64,000 nucleotides of DNA from Yuukianura sp. NJ FZ-2021 (lineage: Eukaryota). The notes beneath the pieces are model-generated. The model searched no databases, was not told where the DNA came from, and worked only from the letters and a program-made list of their open reading frames with translations. Below, piece by piece: positions 27,756-40,094 of this stretch; position 1 is the stretch's first letter; every line of letters begins with the position of its first letter. A program made the position numbers and the translations under genes. The stretch covers positions 7,564,001-7,628,000 of the forward strand of contig CM102289.1 in NCBI GenBank assembly GCA_046563655.1, in the 5' to 3' direction.

Positions 27756-30700
27756 CTCAAAACCGTGCCACAGTAGAAGCTTCATAAGAGACACGGTGTG
27801 AAAGTAAAGGCTTAAGGACAGAAAAGCTTATTAGATCCGCAGGATTTCACCGCATAACTTTCTATTCTCTTTCCTCAGTTGAATACAATAGAAAAACAGA
27901 ACTTCGTTGACAGTAACTTTCTCTCATAAGTTTTTCAATTCATTTTAAAAAAATCTCAATTTTCAAAATATTCAACGCAACAAAAACGCACAAAGTAAAA
28001 GTATCTCAAAATTATACCTCTCGATTTTAAAATTTTAACTTCAATTGTGGAAAACATGCTTTTTTAGAATCTGCTTTTGATGTTGAAATGAAATTTTATG
28101 TTTTCGAATTCAGTTTTTTGAAACATACAATTTTAATAATAGTTGGAAATCATGAAAAGACATAACTATTGTTTCCTAAAGATGTACTTTTATAAGATAT
28201 TTTTTGAAATTTCCAATAGTCGCATTTAGAAAAACTGAAGATCCTGTTGGTTATCAAAACCAATAGCTATTATTGCGGATATAGTTTTGAGCTAAAGTGT
28301 TGAAGTGTTGCCAAACCTATGTCGCCATAAAATGTCGCCAGATGCAACTCGAACTGAAGTGTCTCCATTTGGAATTATTATGCTACCAGAGCCATATTGC
28401 CTTTCCCCGGGAACTACGGTTATGAATTCTAAAAAGTGTGATTCTGTTTTATGTCTCGCCGTCGGAGAGATCCGGAGTGCTTGGCTCTAGACCAATTCCA
28501 GAACTTTCCCCCATTTGCTTTCCCCTGGCGCACTTTTTGCTGGTAGGCAGCAAGCGGGAGGCTGGAATATCATCTCTGGAGGCTGGAAAATTCTGAAAGA
28601 CTTCGAACATTCCTTCACACCAATCTAGCAGTTCTCACCCCCTGAATTCCCTGTGGGACTACCATGTAAAGAGAAAGAATCAGGCATAAAACGGGAGGAG
28701 ACTTTAAAAAAACAGACTTTGAAAAAATGGATTTTTTAGAACCTGGAAAAAACCTAGCCTGCCATTGGCAGCCTGCCAATCATTATAAAAAATAACGTGA
28801 ATTTCTACTTTCTGTTTTTGGTTTTAGTTGAATTTCGAAAAATCCTGCTCCCTCCTAGCCCATCAGTCACAATTACGATCAGGTACTTTCTCTTTTCTTT
28901 TTCTACTTTTATGTGAAATCGCATTCAGAATTTTCTTTTTAACTGCCAACTTCACTTTTCTCGTTTTAATCCCAAAGGAGTCGCCTTCTCTTTCCAAACT
29001 TTTTGTTTTTTCCGAAAGGCAAATGGAAAGTTCCATTTTATGTTAGTACTTTTTTTCAAAAAAAAAGTTTTTGGAAGAAGCGTAAATGTTGTGTCTGACT
29101 CTGTAGGGTACACCAAGGAAATGGAAAAACATAAATTTCTATCACTGCGTCCTGCACTTAAACAAGAACTGACTACAAACGACGCCCTTGTTTAAGTCAC
29201 AAGCAAGATTATAAATCTTGACAGTTTAAATTTTGTTTAAAATTTCTATTGTAAGTTGTAACCCATAACGCATTTTCCAATTTTTAAATCCAATTTGACT
29301 AGAACCCAAACAACTATTTGAGTAATGCGTTTAAATTTACACCAAATAAGAACACTACGAGGGAAAGCATAGAAAGTTTCTTGTTAAAAACCAAATTGAA
29401 CCAAATTTGAAACTCGTCGTGACAAATGTGCCTAAAATCTTAAGAAGAAGTGTTTATATCTCATCCACATCAAATACGAGAAAAGGCGAGAAGATGTCAT
29501 GTGTATGTGTCAAAAGGAATTGAATAAAATTTGAAAATGTAAATTTTCAGCTGAAGTTAGAACCGAACTTTCATGAGTAAAATTCACTAGTAAAGTAAGG
29601 GAGAAAGTTAGCGGGAAATTTTAAATCCAGGAAGTGTGCTGTGAACGCCTGCAGCTGGGTTTGGGTATTTGAATAAATTGTGGATGACGTGATATGGTGG
29701 ATGGGACGCCGAGTCAAGGGAAGATCCGTTGCAAAGACAACATTGTCAAAGGGCTGTGCCAAAAGCCTCCTGGATCAAGACATCTTCATCCTAATTAAAA
29801 TGCATGAGCTCTTTTTCCATCCTTACAAAAATCTACTTTTGCTTTAAAAACTTTTCTCCCGCCACTTTCACCAACGGTGTTGCAAAGCATTTTCTGAATT
29901 TGAAGTTTCAGCCAAACTTTAACAAAAATTCTAGAAACTTGGGTGCGGGGAACGCCAAAATTCAAAGCCCGTTTTTATAGAACAACTTGGGGGGGGGTTC
30001 TTTGTGCCCGTGAGCTTTCTTTGCTTCAAATGCCAAGGACAGATCTTTCCTCCTGGCCCCCCTGGGGTGACCCAAATGAGAAACGAGGAATCATACTTTC
30101 CCGGGTTGCGGCCCCCCACCTTCCACCCCCCCCCCCCCTCCTAGAGCCCGTGTCCCAGGGGAGGGAAGGGCTCCTGCTTACTAGAAAACGACGTGGACTT
30201 TGTTACTAAATTATTCACAGTTTCCATTTGGGGATCAAGATGAAAAAAGGATTTTCAAATCCCTACTTAACTTTGGAGAAGAATGAAATGAGTGGGCAAG
30301 GTTAGATTTAATGCCAAACTACTATAGGATTTAGTTAAGTTAGTTTCAACAAGTTTTTAGTTGGTGAAAGGTGCAATTGACCAGAAGTCAAGTACTTATC
30401 CAGAAAAAAAAGGAGTCCAAGGATTGTGTTGACCTTAGTGGCTACTTTTGTGCTGTGACTGTTCGAAGATCAAATTTCATGCTTTCCCCACTTTCTTTTC
30501 TGGTCGTCGAAAGAGATAAGGGGAAACGCGTGTAACGGACCAATCCAATTTGCTCGCTGAATTAACTTTTCTACCCACGTCAATTTTTCATCTTCAATCC
30601 CCACTTCCACGCCCTACCACGACTTTCACTTCACAACAATTCAAACTTTCTTAAAAAAAAAATACGAAAATTTGACGTCTAGAGTTACTTAAATTAGCTA

Positions 30701-33700
30701 AAATTGCATGTCTGCTTGAATGAATTCGTAATTTGGTGTGCAAAATTTTAAAGTGATTCAAAAAAAATATTTAAAGAGTAGCTATGAAACCTTGTGTTCA
30801 TAAATTAGATGTCGTCCTGGATTGCTTGCAATTTATTTTGACTTTTTTCTTTTGCCGTTGGTTTTGAACACCAAAAATTTTGAATTCAAATTTTTCAAAT
30901 TAACATCTGTGAAATTAGATGCGCTGCAATTAATATGTTGTGCAGTTCAGTAGTAGTTCAATCAGCACCATTGGATTTAACTCAAATTTTTCATACTACC
31001 TCATCCCTTCGCTTCGTTTTGTTCAATTTTTTTAATCTTTTAAAATGTTTTAAATAAAATACATTAAAAAGTGAAATGTTTTCAACTTACTTGAGACTTC
31101 GCTTACATAGGGACCCACACGATTGTTCCAGTAGTCCCTGATGCCGCCCAAATTTTGAATCCCGAATCGAGAAATTTTGACTGTTTTTAATAAGATGATT
31201 TTCTTTTCAAAATTTGAAAAGTAAATTTTTCGAAATCAAATTTGTCTAAAATTGAAATTGGAGTGTACTACTCGATGATTCTCTTTGCTTAGCACCAAAC
31301 GGTTTCTTTGATATGGAATCACAGCTTGGTTAGAACAAATGTTAAAAGTATTAAAATATTAATTAACTCATAACAGTGTCTGTAAAATTAAGAGTTCTTC
31401 AAAGGCTTAAGCCTTCCTCGTTACTTCGTAGATGTTGTTCTGAACAGAGAAAGGAGTTGGAGCAGGGGGTCTTGCGAAGTGAAGTGAAAGGTTGAATGGT
31501 TCTAGCAGTACTTTCCAGTATCTAGTACTTTCTAGTTCCAGACTTTCACTTTACCGCGCCCGTGGGTGGATCAGAAGACTTCAAAAGGCGGTGCCTTGAC
31601 TCAGATTGGCTCGGAGAGAATGGTGCAAAGGGTGGAGCTGAACTAAGTTCCAAGTGAAAGTAAGAGAAAGTTTGAAAAGTTCGATTTTCGCCTATGTTCT
31701 TGAACGTGAGAGAAAGAATTAGTCCTAAAGGGACCTACCTAACGACTACCCGCCTCTCTCCTGCTGCTTTCACATTATTACTCTACACGGAACAGAAAGT
31801 TTTGAGAGCCTAGTCGACTTAAATTTACACCGTTAGACACCTTTACCACACCAATTCTACAAATCTAGAATTCTAGCAATTTACACGTTTTAGGAAGTTA
31901 GGACGAGACTGGGAGAACGTGAGATACGCTCTATAGTTCACCAAAGTTAATCGAACCAGGCCTACTAGCTAGTACTCTCTCAGGAATTTTTTTTATTAGT
32001 TTTCACTTTTGAACTTTCACTTAAAAATGCTTTTAAAAATAAAAAATTTGGTTGAAATTTGCAAAAGGAGCAAGAAATTTTAACCTTAGTTGATTTAACA
32101 TTGCGGACTACATGAAACGCATATTTTCAAAAACGAGTTTACAGAAACAGCACGTTTTCTAAACGGTGCTGAAAAGTACTTTCTCTGACTTTTTTCATTT
32201 CTTTTTGTAGAAATCGATTTTGTTTGTAGAAATAGATAGATCAATGTGAAGAAATTGAAAACGGTGAAGAAATTCATTTGGTTCGAAAAATTTTACTTGC
32301 TAAGGAGAAAGTTACTTTCTCAACTGAAATTTGAAGTTGAACAAGAACGGTTATGCTTGTTAGTTTTGTTTGTTCCAAGCATGAAATCGGAAGGAGGGGG
32401 AAACAGGCCACTAAAAATAAACTTTAGAAAACTCTCCAAACCTGAATAGAAATAAAACAGTCTGTTTTGGACCAACTCTCTCTGGATTTGAATTGTACGC
32501 CCAACAAAAACGGAGTATTTGAAAAGTTCCCGGCATCACGCCCAACCGACTACGCTCAACAATGCAGAGTGCATGGAGAGCCACATGTCCTAATGACTTA
32601 GAAGGTTCCCCTTGCTCCTGCTGTTTATAAAGGCTAAACCCACTGCCGGTTGTTGTTTTGTGTTTTTGAATGTTACCCGGGCTTTTCCCCTTCTTCTTCC
32701 GTCCCAAAGTTCACCGTGCCGTATGTTCAGTTGTGAAATTTTAATGAGACCTCGATGGAGAGGCAAAAGGAAGAAGGCACTTCAATTATTTACAAGGTGC
32801 AGGCAGCAGCCAGCCCTTCTGAAACTATAGAAGCACGACTCAAAATCAATTCTTCAATTTTGGTCTACTGGAATCAATTTTTGGCAATTGGAAACCAAAA
32901 TTGATTCAAAATTCAAAAATAGACTGCTGTTTCTCACCACACTCCGCTATATTTCAAAAATAAACTTAACATTTTCAAAGAAAAAATGTCATCGATTCCC
33001 CAAAAAAGTGTAATTGACTAAACCCTCAATTCTGAAATTAAAAAACAACTACACTAGCAACTCTGAGCGTTTTAATGCCTAGTTTCTTTTTTCAACGAAA
33101 TGAATTTTGTAAATGTCAAAAATTTGGGCCAAGAGATTTATCAAAGTTGATGACAAAATGGCGTGCTAGGTTTGTAACAAGTAAAAGGCGTTGCGATATC
33201 CATGAAGACTAGTTTTACTTGAGCTGGATATTGCAATCATTTATGTATGCTAAAGGTAATTAAGTGTGCTAAGGCTATTTTCAAATAGTAACCTAAAACT
33301 TGGCTCAGGTACTGGGTTTAAAAGTTAATGGCTTAATCTTTGGCTCACTTTCACCAATAGACGATTTTTTTTTGAAAATCCAGTCCTAGAAAACTTATGT
33401 ACTTTGCACAAAGGTTTTTGGCGCATTGTGACGCAAATCAAGGGTTCAAGGATTTTCTTCAAGGTGCATAAAAGTCCTGATTCGAGGGCTTTTGAATGCG
33501 CAAGATAAGCTGCGCAGTGGATACAAAAGAAAAACGAAAATGCCAAGTCACGATCCGTTCAACTTGAACTAATACATATAAGAAAAGGTTTTCAAATAAA
33601 AATATTGGCTTTTTTAATACTTTGATGTTATGGTGAACTACACTATCAAATCAAAAATTTAGCTAACTTAACTTTTCGATTTGCAAGTACTGTTAGATTA

Positions 33701-34960
33701 GGTACTAACTATTTAAGTTAACAGAAAATCGTAGCTTTTAAATTCTGAAAAGCAGCGGAGAAGAAAGCAGGAGGGTTTAAGCAGCATAATCAGGAAATCA
33801 AATATTTATTTCCAATTACTGGATTGTTTGCATATGAAATTTGGTTTTCCCCTTTCTTTCCCTTTGTTTTCCACTACATACTGCGTAGAGTTTTTAGACC
33901 AACCTTTACAACTTAAATGAGGAAGTTGACACATAGAAAGTCAAATAAGCTGGGACAGTCACTTTCCCCTCCACTTCCGACCTAAACACCAATCGATTTT
34001 CTAACCAACGTATACGAAGTGGTCAAAGCATGTTTTTCGAAAGCAGTGTGAAAGTTTTATTCAAAAAGCTCAGGAACATAACTTACTAAAAAGCAACATT
34101 TTTGAAAATGTGAGTTATTTTCCATCCATTTATTTCTTTTAATGTACATAACATGTAAAACATTATAATATAATTGAATTAATTTAATAAGAAAAATGGA
34201 ACCATGTAAAAACATTTTTCATAAAATGAAAATCATATAAAATATGCAAAGCCACAACGACTTGAAAACTTTCAAACTTTCTCCTCCCCTTCCCTCATCT
34301 CCCTCTTTTCCATTTCCTTTGTTTATTAAGTGTGACCTCGGGGGGCTACGCTTTTCTTTTTAGAACAAACGACTAAGTTAACTTAATGACATTAGACAGG
34401 ACGAAAGGAAAGCACAGGTCGCAGGGGACTTCGGGAAGGGCCCTTGTGATGCCCTAAGGACCCTCCCGACGTTGCTCATATTCATACAACCAACATTCTG
34501 TCAATGACTAACCCAAATATTTGCATTTCAAAATAACCCGCTTATGAATTTTTTAAAATATTCATAGGCTATATTCTTTAGAACGCTAAATTTTGAATCT
34601 AGTGCTTAAACTTTTTAGATAAATTTTGAACTTTTTCATTTAAAAGTGGCATAAGATCTATGTGAAAGCTTAACAACCGTCGTCTGTCCAAGTGCAAGTT
34701 GGTAGCGAACAAGCATAACATTTCACAAAAAATTTCAAAAATTTATTCAATTTCATTTGAACACTGAAGGATTCTCACTCATGGCTTTTAATATTTAGAA
34801 ATTCCAGAACTAAAAGTTAAAAAGTTAGTTGTTACCTACTAATTTCTGAAAAGGAATTTTATACTAAAGTTTAAAAAAATTAGTCAAACAGCTTTGGTAA
34901 GATTACACAACCTTGGAAAAATTCAGTTTTCGTTTTCTCGTATATTGCATTTTTGTGCTT

Positions 34961-35561
34961 TCAGCACGGTACGCTCCGGCCCGGTTGTGCTAGCTGCGTT
35001 TCTTCAGTCTCAGATTGCTCAGCTGCGATTGCGCCGATTCTCGTAGTGCAAAATGGACATCGAGCTGCCTGTTTGGAAATAATACTGGTGCATTCCGGAC
35101 ATGGCCGATTGAGGGCTTCGTGTGCTCTCGTGAAAGTGTCAAAAACCCACTCTGATGGAACAACCACAACGTAGTAGAGGATGAACGCCGTAAGCACAAA
35201 GGCAAACAGAGCGTCGACGAAGGCGCCGTACCGGAACTCGCTGTGATTTATAGTGAATGAGTACGAGGTAAAGTTCGGTTGTGTTCCAAAAACTCCGAGA
35301 ATCGGTGTGATGAGACCCGTTGTAAAAGATGTTACTAAATTTGAAAAAGATGCTCCAATAACTACTGCAACTGCCAACTGGATCAAGTTCCCGCGAAATA
35401 GAAACTCGCGAAATCCTTGCATCTAAATTCAAAAATTCAAAATTAGAGTAAGAAGTCAATAGTTTACGTGTTTTTGAAAGAAATTGAAAATTTACCTTTA
35501 GTTTTTTAGCGACAGTTGCTAGATGCAACTTGGTATTGGCGTCTTTGATCATGGAATTCAT
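34961..35561 (-). CDS. mscL: large-conductance mechanosensitive channel MscL, bacterial type, with C-terminal CxxC-x10-CxxC motif; two exons
   Basis: Exon 2 35422-34961: FREFLFRGNLIQLAVAVVIGASFSNLVTSFT..LITP, TM2 YGAFVDALFAFVLTAFILYYVVVVP, tail CPEC-x10-CPFC. Its ATG directly follows TTTTGAATTTAG. Donor AAG|GTAAAT at 35495. Exon 1 35561-35496 adds 22 in-frame codons. AATAAA at 34747-34742. Confidence 0.88.
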
Positions 35562-36457
35562 GTTAAATTTTGTGAAAAATTTGCAGCTAAAATTTCACTT
35601 TGTACGGTGTAAACTACACCCTGAAATGTATTATGTCATTTTCAGTTCCACAGTTTAGTTTTTCTTAGTTCATTTTCCTGATGGTTTGGTATATAACCAA
35701 ATGCATCAAGGAAGATTCCATATGATTATAACCCAAGTACCATCGGATAAGCTACAGAATCTGCATTGGAGGTGTGAATAAGCTTGCCATGCTCCACAAT
35801 TCGGCTGGATAACCTTCATCTTTGTCTAGTCCAAAAGTACTTACCACAACAACAACCTTTAGTAGCCATACAAAAAAAACTATAGGGAAAAACTGTGACT
35901 GCGACAATAGGCATAAAGTCCAATTCCAACCATATTTACTTGTATGATGCTTCGCTAAATTTCCACCCACCGGAATTCACTTTTGGTTTCATTTTTTGTT
36001 TGCATAAAACATGCAAAAACTTTGTAAATGACAATTTGTATTCTAAAGCACGATATGCGCGTACAATTTTTTTTAAATCAGGAATATGACGAATTCGTAC
36101 TAATTTTCTTTAATCAAGAATATGACGAATCCAAAATAAATTTAACCCAGTAATTATACTTATTTTTAAAATTTATGCTCTTACAACTGTCACTTTTTTC
36201 AGAAGTATTTTTTTTGCCAACATTTTTCTTAGCTGAAAGTAGTATTGCGATTCCTGTCGTTGATGGAACTTTACAAGTTGAACCATTTATGCAATTATTA
36301 GGGAGTTTTGATGTTTTTGTCACACAGCATCACGAAATGAATCTAGTGGCAAATTGGGGCGATTGTTAATAACCAATAAATTGGAACACGCAATAGATAA
36401 CGATCTTTGAGTGGTGAATTTCAGCTCCATTGACGCTTCCAGTGTTGTAGTAAAAGA

Positions 36458-37468
36458 ATGTTCTCAACACGTCATTTCTGCTTCACTTCCTTAGTTTCAG
36501 TCATAATCTTAGTCTTTGGTAAAGTGACTGGACAAGACGATTGGTGTTATGAGGGGGCTTGCGGACCAAAAACTTGGACTGGATCGTGTCAAACTGGAAC
36601 GGCCCAGTCTCCTATAAATATTATTCCGGCGTCAACTACACGCTCCAAGCCAAATAGGACGCTTGTATTTAGTGCAGAGTTTTACGACATGCGAGAACTA
36701 GCAATTTTCAACACTGGGAAAACAATCGCATTAGTACCTACAGATGATGATGGCAAAACTTTCAGTGACCTCAGGGTCAAAGGAGCAGGATGGAACGGCA
36801 CATTCCATTTTCAAGGAGCTCAATTTCATTGGGGATCTGAGCATATGATAAAAGGTGTTTAAATTTTCATTTTACTAATCTGTCCAAACAAAAATCTTCT
36901 AAAATATGCTCAATTTTGTTTTGAAGGACAACGTCTTCCATTGGAGCTCCAAATGGTGTTTCAGCAAGCCAATACTAATGGACGAAGGCTAGGAATAATT
37001 TCAGTTCTGTTTGGATTATCTAAAAAAGACAGCAAAGCACTGGCACCAATTGTTTCATTGCTGGCTGGGGTAATGTGAGAAAATATCAGAATTTAAAGAA
37101 AAAAAAGTTTACAAGATTCATTTTACTCTATTTTGTAATAATTTAAGCTAAGACAAGTGAGCGAAGTAGGTCAGCTCATGCCGAACGGTTTCAACTTTAG
37201 TACTGTTTTTCCAAATGTTTGGGACGTGTTTCGGTACAATGGATCCTTCACACAACCTCCGTGTAATCCAAGCGTAATGTGGAGCGTTTTTACACAGAAA
37301 ATGCCAGTGTCGCAGACTCAAATTGATGCTTTTTCGAAAATACAAGATAATAAGAAAAAGGTGATTAAATTAAACTACCGTCCACTTCAGAAGGTATTCA
37401 CCAAAGACAGAAAAAAAATTTACTGGATGAAAATCGACAAAGCCAAAATGCGAGAAAATGTATTTTAA
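36458..37468 (+). CDS. secreted alpha-carbonic anhydrase-like protein, copy 1 (probably non-catalytic)
   Basis: Exons 36458-36854, 36927-37069, 37148-37468. Signal peptide, WCY..GP..W, QSPINI, FHWGSEH, PLELQMV, RYNGSFTQPPC..VMWSVF, NYRPLQ. Confidence 0.88.
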
Positions 37469-38378
37469 AATAATTCTTAATACAAATTCTTGTTTATGGG
37501 TTCCATTTTTAGTTCGCTACTTGTGTAAAGCGTCTACGGTTTATTGTGATGAATAAAAAATAAGTTTCTATTAAATTAATACCAAAATTGAAAATAACTG
37601 AAGAGGCATGAAGATATTTTCATGGGGAAACTTTTTTAAAAAAATGAAAGTTTTCTTTCGTTTTTGAGGGCGTCAATTTTGATTTTATTCCGATGAAAGC
37701 AGACGAGTTGCTCGACTTCCATCTCGTGCTAGCTTTCACTGACTTTAGCAGTTGAAAAAATTATTTTCATATTGAAGCGATAGACGTCAGTTCAAATGAT
37801 CAATAGGAAAATTCGTTATAAATTGATCATGTCGTGTATTATTATTCATTAGTTATCATTAGTATCATTTCTAAACAAGAAAAATCTGGTGCCGGAACAT
37901 AATATTTTTCAAACCTATTGTGACAACTTACCTGAACTTGAATTAAGTTCCTGTCAAAGTCAGAAAATAATGGACCAAAACAATAATGGGAAACTCATCC
38001 ACAGATCACCACACACGAAGGTTTAAGTTTAATTTCAAAAATTTGAAGTAAAAGTTCAACGTTTTTCTATGATTTTTATTTTTAAAATTTATGCTGTTAC
38101 AATTTTCACTTTTTCTCGGAACGATTTTCTGTCAATATTTTTGTAAGTACTAAAATTCCTGGCATTGATGGAACTTTATAATTTTGAACCATTTATGCAA
38201 GTATAAGCCAATTTTGATGTTTTTGTCACAAATTTAAGCATCACGAAATGGATCTGGTGGCAAATTGGGTCGATCGTTGATGCTGATACCAATAAATTGG
38301 AACACGCAATAGAAAACTTTTCTTGAATTATTGTGCACTTTTGAAACTCAATTGACACATCCAGTGTTGTAGTAAAGA

Positions 38379-39401
38379 ATGTTCTCGAAACGTCATTTGT
38401 GCTTCACTTCCTTAGTTTCAGCCATAATCTTACTCTTTGGTAAAGTGACTGGACAAGACGAAGACGGAGACGATAATTGGTGTTATGATGAGGGGATTTG
38501 CGGACCAAAAACTTGGACGGGATCGTGTCAAAATGGAACGGCCCAATCTCCCATAAATATTATTCCAAAGTCAACTACACGTTCCAAACCGGATAGGACG
38601 CTTGTATTCAGTGCAGAATTTTACGACTTGCAAGACCTAGCAATTTTCAACAATGGGAAAACAATCTATGTATTCCCTATAGACGGTGAAGGCCAACCTT
38701 CCAGCGTCCTCAGGGTCAAAGGAGCAGGATGGAACGGCACGTTCTATTTGCAAGGAGCTGAATTTCATTGGGGATCCGAGCATATAATAAAAGGTTTTCA
38801 AAATTTACTTTTCTTAATCTGTCCAAAAAAATGTCCTAAAATATGCTCAATTTTGTTTTGAAGGACACCGTCAAGCATTGGAACTCCAAATGATATTTCA
38901 GCAAGCCAATGATGGACCAGGAGTAGGAATAATTTCAGTTCTGTTTGCATTAACTAAAAAAGACAGTAAAGCATTGGCACCAATTGTTTCAATGCTTCCT
39001 CAGGTAAAGTCAGAAAGTTTCAGAATTTCCAAACAAAAAGTTTAAAATATTAATTATACTTTAATTTTTAATGATTTAAGGTGAGACAAGTGAGCGAAGC
39101 TCCTCAAAAGTTGCCGAACGGTTTCAACTTTAGTACTGTTTTTCCAAATGTTTGGGACGTGTTTCGGTACAATGGATCCCTCACAGTACCTCCGTGTAGT
39201 GCAAACGTAATGTGGAGCGTTTTTACCCAGAAAATGCCAGTGTCGCAGACTCAAGTTGACGCTTTTGCAAGAACTCAAAATAATCAAAGGAAGGCGATTA
39301 AATTGAATTACCGTCCACTTCAGAAGGTTTTCACCAAAGACAGAAAAAAAGTATACTGGATGAAAATTGACAAAGCCAAAATGCGAGAAAATGCATTTTA
39401 A
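38379..39401 (+). CDS. secreted alpha-carbonic anhydrase-like protein, copy 2 (probably non-catalytic)
   Basis: Exons 38379-38793, 38864-39003, 39081-39401. Same intron positions and motifs as copy 1 (FHWGSEH, ALELQMI, RYNGSLTVPPC, NYRPLQ). Confidence 0.88.
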
Positions 39402-40094
39402 AATGATTCTTACTAACTTTAGCCCTATCTGTATGCGAAAATTCACGCCAATAAAACGTAAAGTAGCGATTTCCTATGTTGTAGCAAAAGTAGTTTTTCT
39501 ACTTTATATCTTTTCCTATCCATTCCTTTTCTCTACTACCATCTCGTGTCGGTTTTCACCAACTTTTTGAGTTGAAAAATGTAATTCTGTTGTTGAATCA
39601 GTAACCGTCATCTCAAGTTTTCAAAGAAACAGTCGTTATAAATTGATCATGTTGCGTATCATTAGTTAATCATTTTCAATTGTATCGAGGATTGTAACCG
39701 GAACCAGAACAAAATATTTCCCAAATCTATTGTGACAACTTACCTTAAATTAAATTACGTTTTTGTCAATTTCAGAAAATAATAGACGCACAAAAATATT
39801 GGACTACTCATTTACCACACACGAAGGTTTCACAATTTCAGATAATTGGAGTAAAAAAGTTCAAAAAAATTTTCTACATGCAATGTTGTTTTGTACAAAT
39901 TAACAACACTCAAGGTTTTCAATTTCAAAAAATGACGGAATCAATTGGCAATATTTGAAATAGTCGCAACTAAACTGTATTTTTCATCAAGACAAGAAAT
40001 GTATTTCAGTCGGTCAACTTTTTGCAATAAATTTGGAAGGTAAAAAGTGAAAGTTTTTGAATATTTTGAATTCAAAATTCCAGTTTTGACTGCC

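Larger units (their letters stand above)
36160..39870 (+). repeat. tandem duplication, ~1.9-kb unit carrying the CA-like gene
   Basis: Non-coding flanks still align: TTATTTTTAAAATTTATGCT at ~36160 and ~38076; TCGTTATAAATTGATCATG at ~37813 and ~39633; CACACACGAAGGTTT at ~38009 and ~39816. Confidence 0.85.

Noticed and set aside
29930..30150. G/C-run-rich segment (also 27170-27235)
   Set aside because: Probably repeat fragments, but no termini or TSD could be defined.
32591..32629. Minus-strand TATAAA plus TCATT as the cholinergic-locus promoter
   Set aside because: Spacing is slightly long and no linked exon could be shown.
34900..35600. MscL as bacterial contamination
   Set aside because: An in-frame spliceosomal intron, a polyA signal and AT-rich flanks without operon neighbours argue for integration. 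Read-level confirmation is still needed.
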